Source of the DNA: Acetobacteraceae bacterium
Lineage (GTDB): Bacteria; Pseudomonadota; Alphaproteobacteria; Acetobacterales; Acetobacteraceae
Assembly: GCA_947371015.1 (NCBI GenBank)
Contig: CANBNK010000012.1
Span: forward strand, 989-64,988
Reading direction: 5' to 3'
DNA: 64,000 bases
Part shown: piece by piece, positions 38,411-46,836 of the stretch
Layout: each line of letters starts with the position of its first letter
How positions within the stretch are numbered: the stretch's first letter is position 1
Translations under genes and position numbers: made by a program
The notes under the pieces: generated by a model
What the model saw: only the letters and a program-made list of their open reading frames with translations
Database searches by the model: none
What the model was told of the DNA's origin: nothing

Positions 38411-38568
38411 TCTTCACTCCGAGAAAGGCGGCACGACCTTGCCGCGCCGCCGCGAAGCCCCAGCGCAAGCCCAGGGCCAAATGGCGGGCCACATGCAAGG
38501 CCCCCCGCGAAGACGCCACGCGCCTCCACGGGAAAGCCCGCGGCCCCGCGCCGCCGTTTCGTCCGAAG

Positions 38569-39360
38569 CTAGACCATGCCCCGCACGCGCCCGCCATCGA
38601 TGCGGATCATGCTGCCGGTGACATAGCTGCCGGTATCGCCCGCCAGGAAAGCCCCCATCGGCCCATACTCCGAAGGCATCCCGTACCGCTTCGCCGGAAT
38701 CTCCTTCGCCGCATCGGCCAGCACCTGCTCCACCGAAATCCCCTTCGCCGCGGCATTCTTCGCCGAGGTCTCGGTCGTCCGGTCGGTCAGGATGCTCCCT
38801 GGCGCCAGCACGTTCACCGTGACCCCATCCTCGGCCACTTCGCCGGACACGGTCTTCACCCAGGCCCAAACGCTCGCCCGCAGCGTATTCGACAGCGCCA
38901 GGTACGAAATCGGGTGCTGCATGCCCGTGCTGCCGACCACGATGATCCGCCCGAACTTCTGCGCCCGCATCGCCGGCAGCGCCAGGTTCGCCATCCGCAG
39001 CGGCGAGACGACGATGCTGGTGAACCAGGTCACCAGGTCGCTCTCCTTCATCTGCGTCGCGGTGCAGGGCGGCGGCCCGCCATGGTTCAGCACCAGGATA
39101 TCGACGCCACCCATCGCCTTCACGGCCGCATCGTACAGCCGGTTCATGTCATCCGGCACCGCCACGTCGCCCGGAAAGCCGACCGCGCTGGCCGCACCCG
39201 CCGTCTTCAACTGCGCCGCCGCGGCATCCAGCCGGCCCTGGTCGCGCCCGCTGATCACCAGATGCGCGCCCTCAGCCGCCAGCGAATCGGCAATGCTGCG
39301 CCCCAGCCCCTTGGTCCCGCCCATCACCAGGGCGCGCCGCCCCTTCAAACCCAAATCCAT
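38569..39360 (-). CDS. SDR-family oxidoreductase
   Basis: ATG 39360 gives MDLGLKGRRALVMGGTKGLGRSIA (a TGxxxGxG-type motif). 263 aa. Confidence 0.85.
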   Translation of the reverse strand: MDLGLKGRRALVMGGTKGLGRSIADSLAAEGAHLVISGRDQGRLDAAAAQLKTAGAASAVGFPGDVAVPDDMNRLYDAAVKAMGGVDILVLNHGGPPPCTATQMKESDLVTWFTSIVVSPLRMANLALPAMRAQKFGRIIVVGSTGMQHPISYLALSNTLRASVWAWVKTVSGEVAEDGVTVNVLAPGSILTDRTTETSAKNAAAKGISVEQVLADAAKEIPAKRYGMPSEYGPMGAFLAGDTGSYVTGSMIRIDGGRVRGMV

Positions 39361-39468
39361 TGCCTGCGTCTCCGTTACCCGTGGCCGCGAACCGTGCCCC
39401 CGCCGGCCCACCCTGGCAAGCCGCCCGCCCCGGCGGTATCACTGCGGCAACCCAGAGGAAGCGTCCCC

Positions 39469-40455
39469 ATGTCTGCACCGGCGTCCAAGCCCACCCTCCT
39501 CATCACCCGCCGTCTGCCTGCCGCCGTCCAGGCCCGCGCGAGCCGCGACTACGACGCCCAGCTCAACCAGCCCGACGACCTCTGGGCGCTGGACGCCGCC
39601 GAGATCGCCCGCCGCGCCACCGCCAGCAACGCCAGCGCCATCCTCTGCGCCGCCGGCGACGCCATGAACGCCGCCTGCATCGCCGCCCTGCCGGCAAGCG
39701 TGAAGCTGATCGCCACCTTCAGCGTCGGCACCGACCACATCGATCTCGCGGCGGCGCGCGCAAAAAACATCCCCGTCGCCAACACGCCGGATGTCCTCAG
39801 CTTCGCCACCGCCGAGATCGCCTTCACCCTCATGCTCATGGCCGCCCGCCGCGCCGGGGAGGGCGAGCGCCTGCTCCGCGCCGGCAACTGGGGCGGCTGG
39901 GCGCCGACGCAGCTGATGGGCGTGACGCTGGAAGGCAAGAAGCTCGGCATCCTCGGCATGGGCCGCATCGGCCGCGAACTGGCCAAGATGGCGCGCGGCT
40001 TCAGCATGGAAGTCCACTACCGCAACCGCTCGCGCCTTTCCGCCAGCGAGGAAGCCGGCGCGACCTTCCACGCCGAGGATTCCAGCTTCCTGGCCGGGAT
40101 CGACGTGCTGAGCATGCACATCCCCGGCGGCGCGGCGACGCGCCACTGGCTGAACGCGGAACGGCTCGGCCTGCTGAAGCGCGGCGCCATCGTGGTCAAC
40201 ACCGGTCGCGGCACCACGGTGGACGACGCGGCGCTGGTGGCGGCGCTGCAGTCCGGCCAGGTGCTGGCCGCCGGCCTGGACGTGTACGACGGCGAACCGC
40301 GCGTCTTCCCGGGCTACCTGGGCCTGGAGAACGTGGCCCTGCTGCCGCATCTGGGCAGCGGCGCGGTGGAGACGCGGGACGCGATGGGGTTCCGCGCGTT
40401 GGATAGCGTGGATGCGGTGGTGTTGCGGGGGGAAGTGGCGCCTTGGGGGGTTTAA
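39469..40455 (+). CDS. D-isomer-specific 2-hydroxyacid dehydrogenase (glyoxylate/hydroxypyruvate reductase-like)
   Basis: NAD motif GILGMGRIGRELA, catalytic region VNTGRG...D and HLGSG. 328 aa. Confidence 0.9.
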   Translation: MSAPASKPTLLITRRLPAAVQARASRDYDAQLNQPDDLWALDAAEIARRATASNASAILCAAGDAMNAACIAALPASVKLIATFSVGTDHIDLAAARAKNIPVANTPDVLSFATAEIAFTLMLMAARRAGEGERLLRAGNWGGWAPTQLMGVTLEGKKLGILGMGRIGRELAKMARGFSMEVHYRNRSRLSASEEAGATFHAEDSSFLAGIDVLSMHIPGGAATRHWLNAERLGLLKRGAIVVNTGRGTTVDDAALVAALQSGQVLAAGLDVYDGEPRVFPGYLGLENVALLPHLGSGAVETRDAMGFRALDSVDAVVLRGEVAPWGV

Positions 40456-40578
40456 ACCGCCGTTCTTGACACCCAGCTAACGTCAGAAGGCTGGAGCGCA
40501 ACAATGACGATATTCGAGTTAGTTAAGAACACGCTTGATATATTGTATGCGGAAGCGAAGTCTTAGTATCAGGACGAC

Positions 40579-41352
40579 GTGGACAACAAGATCAGGGAGA
40601 GGCTGATCTACCTGTCGCAGAGTTATCGGGAACTCGCCTCCCCTGGAAGGGCGACGGTAGATTACGCTGATCCGGCGACTCGATTTGCCTACGTCTATAG
40701 CTATGTAGCGGCCCACGGCGATTATATTGTTCAAATTCTTGATGCAAACGATAATTTAGGGTTGTTTGACAACAAGCAGGTCCGCGTATCCTGCATTGGC
40801 GGCGGTCCAGGCAGTGATCTTATTGGGATTTTGAAGTATATTTCTGATCGAAATTTGGGCGTCGAGAAAATTATCGCATATCTTCTCGATGGCGAGCAGT
40901 CGTGGTCTGATACTTGGACTGAACTTGGCGAGCAGTTCAAGTTACCAGTGCCCACCAATGTGAATTTCCAACGCATGGACGTAAGTGATCCTTCGTCTTG
41001 GAGAGGGCAAAAGAATTTTCTGAAAGCAAATTTGTTTACGCTCAGCTATTTTGTTTCAGAAATATATAGCCTGGGAGAAGATGCTGTTAGCTTTTGGACA
41101 AAAGTATTTGACAGTGCATTGCCGGGCGCCATTTTTCTTTATGTCGACAACGGCTCCCAGGAGTTTAATGACTATTTTGACGGCCTATGGAACTCGAGGC
41201 CAGATATTGAGTTGATATCCGGAATGAAGAACAAACGTTACACTCCGAGCTATACTGAGCAAGCTAGTCATTTGCAGGAATATAAGCAGAAATTCGATAG
41301 GAATGCGAAAATACAGTCAGTTTTGACTTGGCGAATATTACGCAAAAAGTAA
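40579..41352 (+). CDS. class I SAM-dependent methyltransferase-like protein (substrate unknown)
   Basis: 257 aa. GTG start, with an in-frame TAG 15 nt upstream and AGGA 4 nt upstream. Motif I-like VRVSCIGGGPGSDLIG, an acidic end to strand 2 (AYLLDGE), FQRMDVSDP, LFTLSYFVSE and GAIFLYVDNG. No DPPY/NPPY and no PCQ/ENV motifs, so it is not a canonical restriction-modification DNA methylase. The family assignment rests on motifs only. Confidence 0.6.
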   Translation: MDNKIRERLIYLSQSYRELASPGRATVDYADPATRFAYVYSYVAAHGDYIVQILDANDNLGLFDNKQVRVSCIGGGPGSDLIGILKYISDRNLGVEKIIAYLLDGEQSWSDTWTELGEQFKLPVPTNVNFQRMDVSDPSSWRGQKNFLKANLFTLSYFVSEIYSLGEDAVSFWTKVFDSALPGAIFLYVDNGSQEFNDYFDGLWNSRPDIELISGMKNKRYTPSYTEQASHLQEYKQKFDRNAKIQSVLTWRILRKK

Positions 41353-41362
41353 GGAGGCGTAA

Positions 41363-41974
41363 ATGGATCTGTTCAACGACGATGGCGTGCTTCGGCAGCT
41401 TCCCGTTCCAGGCGCCGATGTGAAATATGCACGTAGTCCAGCATTAGGGTTTGATAGCAAAATTTTGTTGTCTGATCTGATTTCTACGACTCCCTGGCGC
41501 CAGGAAAAAGTTACTGTTTGGGGAAAATCGTTCGATCAACCCAGATTGGTTGCTTGGTATGGAGACCCGGGACAAGTTTATACCTATTCGGGCATTAAGC
41601 TTGATCCCTTAGCTTGGACGGATCAGTTAAAATTTGTAAAAAATGCGGTGGAAAGCTTTGTGGGGTTTGGTTTTAACAGCCTCCTACTTAATTTTTATCG
41701 AGATAATCAAGACAGTATGGGTTTTCATAGTGATAACGAAAGAGAGCTTGGGCATGATCCTGTAATCGCATCGCTAAGTCTTGGTGCGGAGCGAAATTTA
41801 GTATTTAAGAAAAGAGGACAAAAAACAAATGAATCTTTCAGAATAAAGTTGGAGCATGGAAGCTTGTTGCTTATGGGGTCGGGGACTCAGAAGAATTACC
41901 TTCACGGTATTAATAAGTCCCGACTTCTTATGGGCCCTCGTGTGAACCTGACATTCCGTCGCATTATCGGCTGA
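41363..41974 (+). CDS. alkB: AlkB-family Fe(II)/2-oxoglutarate-dependent dioxygenase (oxidative nucleic-acid demethylase type)
   Basis: 203 aa. RLVAWYGD...YTYSG, LLLNFYRDNQDSMGFHSDNE (HxD), NYLHGI (second His) and RVNLTFRR (Rx5R) match AlkB/ALKBH2-3-type proteins. A strong SD (AAGGAGG, 41351-41357) overlaps the methyltransferase stop codon. Confidence 0.85.
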   Translation: MDLFNDDGVLRQLPVPGADVKYARSPALGFDSKILLSDLISTTPWRQEKVTVWGKSFDQPRLVAWYGDPGQVYTYSGIKLDPLAWTDQLKFVKNAVESFVGFGFNSLLLNFYRDNQDSMGFHSDNERELGHDPVIASLSLGAERNLVFKKRGQKTNESFRIKLEHGSLLLMGSGTQKNYLHGINKSRLLMGPRVNLTFRRIIG

Positions 41975-42063
41975 GTAATCCGCGCTCAAGCCAGTTTTTC
42001 TTGCGCATTCCCAAAGTTCTCTATATGTTCCCCATACCCCCCACCCCTCCGGCCACCCCTCCC

Positions 42064-42717
42064 ATGACCCCCAACCAAGCCGCCGCCCGCCCGCACTGGT
42101 CCACCCTCCCGGCCTTCAACCCGGCCAATCTCCGCCGCCCCGGCCTTACCAACCCGCGCCCCTGGGAACTCCTCTCGGACGAGGAGCTTCGCGCCCTCTG
42201 GCCCTACTTCGTCCACAAGGGCAGCGGCCGCCCCATCTTCGATATCCGCGCCAGGCTCGACGCCATCTTCTGGGTCGCCTGCCATGACGGCCCCTGGAAG
42301 AACCTGCCGCCGGACATGGGCCCCTGGGCCACCGCGCATCGCCAATTCCGCCGCTGGGTCCACAAGGGCACCTGGGCGGAGCTATTAAAAGCCGTCGCGC
42401 TGAAGACCTGCCCGCCGGTGCTGCGTCGCCTGACCCATTGGCTCTGCCGCGCCTGGCGCCGCGCCACCCGTATCGTCGGCACCTACGCCATCCGCCTCGC
42501 CCGCCGCCTCGGCCTGCTTTCGGCGCTGAAAGGCCCGCACTGGATGCTGCCCGACCCGGATTTGTCCGATACGTTACTGCCCATCGTCCAGCAGCGGGTC
42601 ATGGAGTGGCTCGCCGCCCGGAAATACCACGACACCTCGGTCCTCAAGGCCGCCCGCAGCTTCCATTTCCTGGTCGGCGGCCGGCGCTACGTCCCCGCCT
42701 GCCTCGCCCCGCCATGA
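42064..42717 (+). CDS. DUF4096-domain protein (IS5-family transposase OrfA/N-terminal-like; no DDE domain)
   Basis: LSDEELRALWPYF....GRPIFDIRARLDAIFWVACHDGPWKNLPPDMGPWATAHRQFRRWVHKGTWAELL follows the LSD.EW..I.P....GRP..D.R..L.AI.W....G..WR.LP...GPW.T....F.RW...G.W pattern of IS5/IS427-group OrfA. The C-terminal ~110 aa are unrelated to DDE transposases. The gene is high-GC like the host. The start is uncertain (TTG 42001, ATG 42025, ATG 42064). Confidence 0.6.
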   Translation: MTPNQAAARPHWSTLPAFNPANLRRPGLTNPRPWELLSDEELRALWPYFVHKGSGRPIFDIRARLDAIFWVACHDGPWKNLPPDMGPWATAHRQFRRWVHKGTWAELLKAVALKTCPPVLRRLTHWLCRAWRRATRIVGTYAIRLARRLGLLSALKGPHWMLPDPDLSDTLLPIVQQRVMEWLAARKYHDTSVLKAARSFHFLVGGRRYVPACLAPP

Positions 42718-42738
42718 AATCCGCCCTGGCCCCGGCGC

Positions 42739-43641
42739 TCAGTCCCAAAGCCGCGCCGCGCCGAACACGCCGGAGCTGTCGCCATGCGCGGCCCGCAGCA
42801 GCGGCGTGGTCACCGCATCGGCAAACACCCAGCGCGCCATCATCCCCGGCACCGCCTCATACAGGTGCGCCAGGTTGGAAAGCCCGCCCCCCAGCACGAT
42901 GCAATCGGGGTCCAGCAGGTTCACCACATGCGCCAGGGCCCGGGCCAGCCGCTCGGCATGCCGCGCCAGCGCGCCCACCGCCGCCGCATCGCCCCGCCCC
43001 GCCAGGCCGCTGGCGTCGCGCGAAGGCGCGCGGCCCGCGGCTTGCGCTGCCGGCCCATCCGCCTCGGCCGCCAAGGCCGGCCCACATAAAAAGGTCTCGA
43101 TACAGCCCCGCTTGCCGCACCAGCAGGCCGGCCCGGGAAACTCGGCCGCGGTCATCCAGGGCAGCGGGTTGTGCCCCCATTCCCCGGCCACCCGGTTGCG
43201 CCCCTCCACAATCCGCCCGTCGCGGACAATGCCGGCGCCCACCCCAGTCCCCAGAATCACCGCGAACACGCAGCCGAACCCGGCCCCCGCACCATCGGCC
43301 GCCTCGCTCATCGCCAGGCAGTTGGCATCATTGGAAAGCCTTACCGGCCGCCCCAGCGCCGCGGCCAAATCCGCGTCCAGCCGCCCGCCATTCAGCCAGG
43401 TGGAATTCGCCCCCCGCACCAGCCCCGTGGTCGGCGAAATACTGCCGGGAATCCCCACCCCCACGGTCCCGGCAACGCCCAGCTCCGCCTCCGCCGCCGC
43501 CACCAGGCCGGCAATCGCCCGCACCACGCCCTGGTACTCGGCCGGCGTCGCCACCCGCCGCCGCAGCAGCACCTCGCCCGCGGCGCCCAGCGCCACGATC
43601 TCGGTCTTGGTGCCGCCCAGGTCTATGCCAAATCGGATCAT
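42739..43641 (-). CDS. ROK-family sugar kinase (N-acetylglucosamine kinase / fructokinase-like)
   Basis: ATG 43641 gives MIRFGIDLGGTKTE. Contains GEWGH and the zinc motif CWCGKRGCIE. 300 aa. Confidence 0.85.
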   Translation of the reverse strand: MIRFGIDLGGTKTEIVALGAAGEVLLRRRVATPAEYQGVVRAIAGLVAAAEAELGVAGTVGVGIPGSISPTTGLVRGANSTWLNGGRLDADLAAALGRPVRLSNDANCLAMSEAADGAGAGFGCVFAVILGTGVGAGIVRDGRIVEGRNRVAGEWGHNPLPWMTAAEFPGPACWCGKRGCIETFLCGPALAAEADGPAAQAAGRAPSRDASGLAGRGDAAAVGALARHAERLARALAHVVNLLDPDCIVLGGGLSNLAHLYEAVPGMMARWVFADAVTTPLLRAAHGDSSGVFGAARLWD

Positions 43642-43704
43642 CGCTCCCAGCCTGCCACGCAGGCAACGCTTGCCCAAGCCCCGCCACGGTGCTGGACTCG
43701 GGGG

Positions 43705-43938
43705 ATGCCCGACACCCTCCTCGACGTCCAAGGCCTCAGCTGCCCGCTGCCCGTGCTGAAGGCCAACAAGGCCCTGCGCAGCCTTCCCCCCGGGGCCGAG
43801 CTGACGGTCCTCGCCACGGACCCCGCGAGCCCGGCGGACTTCCGCGCCTTCTGCACGGAAACCGGCCACGAACTTCTGGCGGCCACGCAGGAAGGCGCGG
43901 TCTTCCGCTACCAGCTCCGCAAGCGGGCCGCGCCATGA
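43705..43938 (+). CDS. TusA/SirA-family sulfurtransferase-like protein
   Basis: 77 aa. LDVQGLSCPLPVLKANKAL carries the CPxP motif. The stop overlaps the next gene's start (ATGA). Confidence 0.75.
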   Translation: MPDTLLDVQGLSCPLPVLKANKALRSLPPGAELTVLATDPASPADFRAFCTETGHELLAATQEGAVFRYQLRKRAAP

Positions 43939-44864
43939 GCACGCTGCTGCTCACCCACCGCGCCTGCCTGCTGCACGCACCCGGGGACTACCACCCCGAA
44001 AGCCCGGACCGCCTGCGCGCCGTGCTCAAGGCCCTGGATACCGAGGAATTCGCCGACCTCCTCCGCGATGAAGCCCCCCAGGCCACGCTGGAACAACTTA
44101 TCCGGGTTCACCCCCGCCACTACGTGGACGCCATCCTTGCGGTCCGCCCGGCGGAAGGGGAAACCCTGGCGCTGGATGGCGACACCATCATGAGCCACGG
44201 CAGCGCCGAGGCCGCGCTCCGTGCCGCCGGCGCCGGCGTCGCCGCGGTTGACGCGGTCTGCCGGGGGGAGGTGCGCCGCGCCTTCTGCGCCGTGCGCCCC
44301 CCGGGCCACCATGCGGAACCCGGCACCCCCATGGGTTTTTGCTTGTTTTCCAACGTTGTGGTGGCCGCCCGGCATGCCCAGGCTGCCCACCACATCGGCC
44401 GGGTGGCGGTGCTGGATTTCGACGTCCACCACGGCAACGGCACCCAGGCCTGCGTCAAGGACGACGCGACGATCTTCTACGGCAGCACCCACCAATTCCC
44501 GCTCTACCCCGGCACCGGGGACCGGCACGAGACCGGCCTCGGCAACGTGGTCAACGCGCCCCTGCCGCCGGGCGCCGACGGCACCGCCTTCCGCGAGGCC
44601 TGGCAAACCGAGATCATCCCGGCGCTGGACGCCTTCGCCCCCGGCCTCATCATCATCTCCGCCGGCTTCGACGCCCATGCCCGCGACCCCCTGGCCCAGC
44701 TGCGGGTGCGGGAGGCGGATTTCGCCTGGCTCACCGAACAGCTCTGCGCGGTGGCGGAGCGGCATTGCGGCGGCAAGGTCGTCAGCCTGCTGGAAGGCGG
44801 CTACGACCTGGAGGCGCTGGCGCTCTCGACCGCCGCGCATGTCCGCGCGTTGATGCGGGCGTGA
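43935..44864 (+). CDS. histone deacetylase-family amidohydrolase (HDAC / acetylpolyamine amidohydrolase-like)
   Basis: RPPGHHA, DFDVHHGNGTQ, SAGFDAH and EGGYD are canonical class I/II HDAC-fold motifs. Only the last 309 codons of the 808-aa track ORF are credible. Confidence 0.9.
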   Translation: MSTLLLTHRACLLHAPGDYHPESPDRLRAVLKALDTEEFADLLRDEAPQATLEQLIRVHPRHYVDAILAVRPAEGETLALDGDTIMSHGSAEAALRAAGAGVAAVDAVCRGEVRRAFCAVRPPGHHAEPGTPMGFCLFSNVVVAARHAQAAHHIGRVAVLDFDVHHGNGTQACVKDDATIFYGSTHQFPLYPGTGDRHETGLGNVVNAPLPPGADGTAFREAWQTEIIPALDAFAPGLIIISAGFDAHARDPLAQLRVREADFAWLTEQLCAVAERHCGGKVVSLLEGGYDLEALALSTAAHVRALMRA

Positions 44865-44866
44865 CC

Positions 44867-45415
44867 CTACTTCCGCGCCTGCACGTAATCCCAGAAGTTG
44901 AAGGCGAAGTCCTGCTGCGCCCGGGTCTGCAGGTGGCAGGTGAAGCAGGCCTCGACCGAGGCGTTGTTGCGGCTGCCGTCGGCGTTGAAGCGGGCGTATT
45001 CCCACTCGCCGTTGCGCTTTTCCGGCCCGTAGCCGAGGCCCCAGCCCGGCTGGCGTTCCTGGGCACCGATCTGCGCCCAGCCGGGTTCGGGGATGAAGCG
45101 GCCCTGCTGGTCCAGCAGCGGGGAGCCGTCCGGCGCCAGGCGGGCCTTCTGGTCGGCCAGGATGATCAGGGTGCCGTTCGGCAGCGGCTGGCCCGGGCGG
45201 GCGGCGGCGAAGGCCTCGGGGTTGACGTAGAAGTTGCGGATGATCTTGCGCTGCGGATTGTCCAGCGTGGCGAAGCGCAGGAAGCGCGTCTCCCAGCCCT
45301 GCGGCAGGGAGATGTTCTCTGGCCCCGGCGTGTAGCTGCGCTGGGCCAGCGCGAAGGGCATCGCCGCGAGGGCCAGCACCGGCAGCAGGGCAAGGGCGAG
45401 CAAGCGGCGGCGCAT
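44867..45415 (-). CDS. cytochrome P460-family haem protein (periplasmic)
   Basis: ATG 45415 gives the signal peptide MRRRLLALALLPVLALAAMPFALAQ. A single C-terminal CxxCH (EACFTCH) is followed by DFAFNFWDY, and size and layout resemble cytochrome P460. Confidence 0.55.
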   Translation of the reverse strand: MRRRLLALALLPVLALAAMPFALAQRSYTPGPENISLPQGWETRFLRFATLDNPQRKIIRNFYVNPEAFAAARPGQPLPNGTLIILADQKARLAPDGSPLLDQQGRFIPEPGWAQIGAQERQPGWGLGYGPEKRNGEWEYARFNADGSRNNASVEACFTCHLQTRAQQDFAFNFWDYVQARK

Positions 45416-45645
45416 GGTTTTTTCCTTCGTTTGCTCCTGCTCCGTGGGTTCGGTAGCGGGGGCTGCTGCGTTACGGCGCTCGACCGAGGATTCGGTCGCG
45501 ATGTTCCCCGTAACTGTGGCGTTTCGGAAACGCCTGTGTCTTTTCGGTAGCACCCCCCCCTCCGGCCGGCTTTGCCAAGCGGGCTGGGGGCGTATACTTC
45601 CCCTCCAGACTTGCGTTATTCGCTGTGCCATCAGGGGGGACTTCC

Positions 45646-45912
45646 ATGCCGCAGGCCGCTGGCCAACAGGCCACGCCGACCGCAACCGGGGTGGAGACGC
45701 TGACCTTCGAGGCAGCGTTGGAGGAACTTGAGCGGATCGTCAGGTCGCTGGAAGGTGGGCAGGGCAACCTGGCCACCGCGATCGAAAGCTATGAGCGGGG
45801 GGTGGCGCTGCGCCAGCGCTGCGAAAAGCTGTTGGCCGAGGCTGAAGCCAAGGTGCAAGCCATCGTCACCGCCCCAGGTACGGGTGGCTTGACCTTGCGC
45901 GATGTCGAGTAG
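45646..45912 (+). CDS. xseB: exodeoxyribonuclease VII small subunit
   Basis: LTFEAALEELERIVRSLEGGQGNLATAIESYERGVALRQRCEKLL is the conserved XseB core. Lies upstream of ispA-dxs, as in many bacteria. Confidence 0.9.
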   Translation: MPQAAGQQATPTATGVETLTFEAALEELERIVRSLEGGQGNLATAIESYERGVALRQRCEKLLAEAEAKVQAIVTAPGTGGLTLRDVE

Positions 45913-45918
45913 GACAGG

Positions 45919-46835
<917 letters not shown>

Positions 46836-46836
<1 letters not shown>

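Larger units (their letters stand above)
40456..42000. other. AT-rich genomic islet (probable horizontal acquisition) carrying the methyltransferase-AlkB pair
   Basis: Hand counts: lines 41041-41100 and 41641-41700 are 38% and 40% G+C, against 73% for 40261-40320. Composition changes within tens of bases after the 2-hydroxyacid dehydrogenase stop (40455) and again near 42000-42030. Codon usage inside is rich in AAA, TTT and AAT, unlike the rest of the window. Confidence 0.8.

Noticed and set aside
40466-40471. A perfect TTGACA -35-like hexamer upstream of the methyltransferase gene.
   Set aside because: No acceptable -10 lies at 16-18 bp spacing. A TATATT at 40539-40544 has no good -35. I therefore cannot place the promoter from sequence alone.
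40489-41992. An 11-bp imperfect inverted repeat flanking the AT-rich islet: GGCTGGAGCGC at 40489-40499 against GCGCTCAAGCC at 41982-41992.
   Set aside because: It matches at only 10 of 11 positions, does not extend and has no target-site duplication. That is compatible with chance, so I do not call terminal repeats for the islet.
41975-42010. A weak hairpin after the alkB stop (GCGCtcAAG ... CTTGCGC) as a terminator.
   Set aside because: The stem is 7 bp with a 2-nt bulge, and the T-run lies inside the loop rather than after the stem. This is not convincing.
40519-42363. Minus-strand ORFs inside or next to the islet: 40519-40734, 40731-40976, 41798-41989 and 41986-42363.
   Set aside because: They are short, antisense to the two motif-bearing genes or to the DUF4096 gene, and have no ribosome-binding sites or recognisable motifs.
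42438-44864. An 808-aa ORF spanning the ROK kinase region and the HDAC gene.
   Set aside because: The first ~500 aa are Pro/Arg/Ala low-complexity sequence antisense to the ROK kinase gene. The real HDAC-family gene starts at 43935, coupled to the TusA-like gene.
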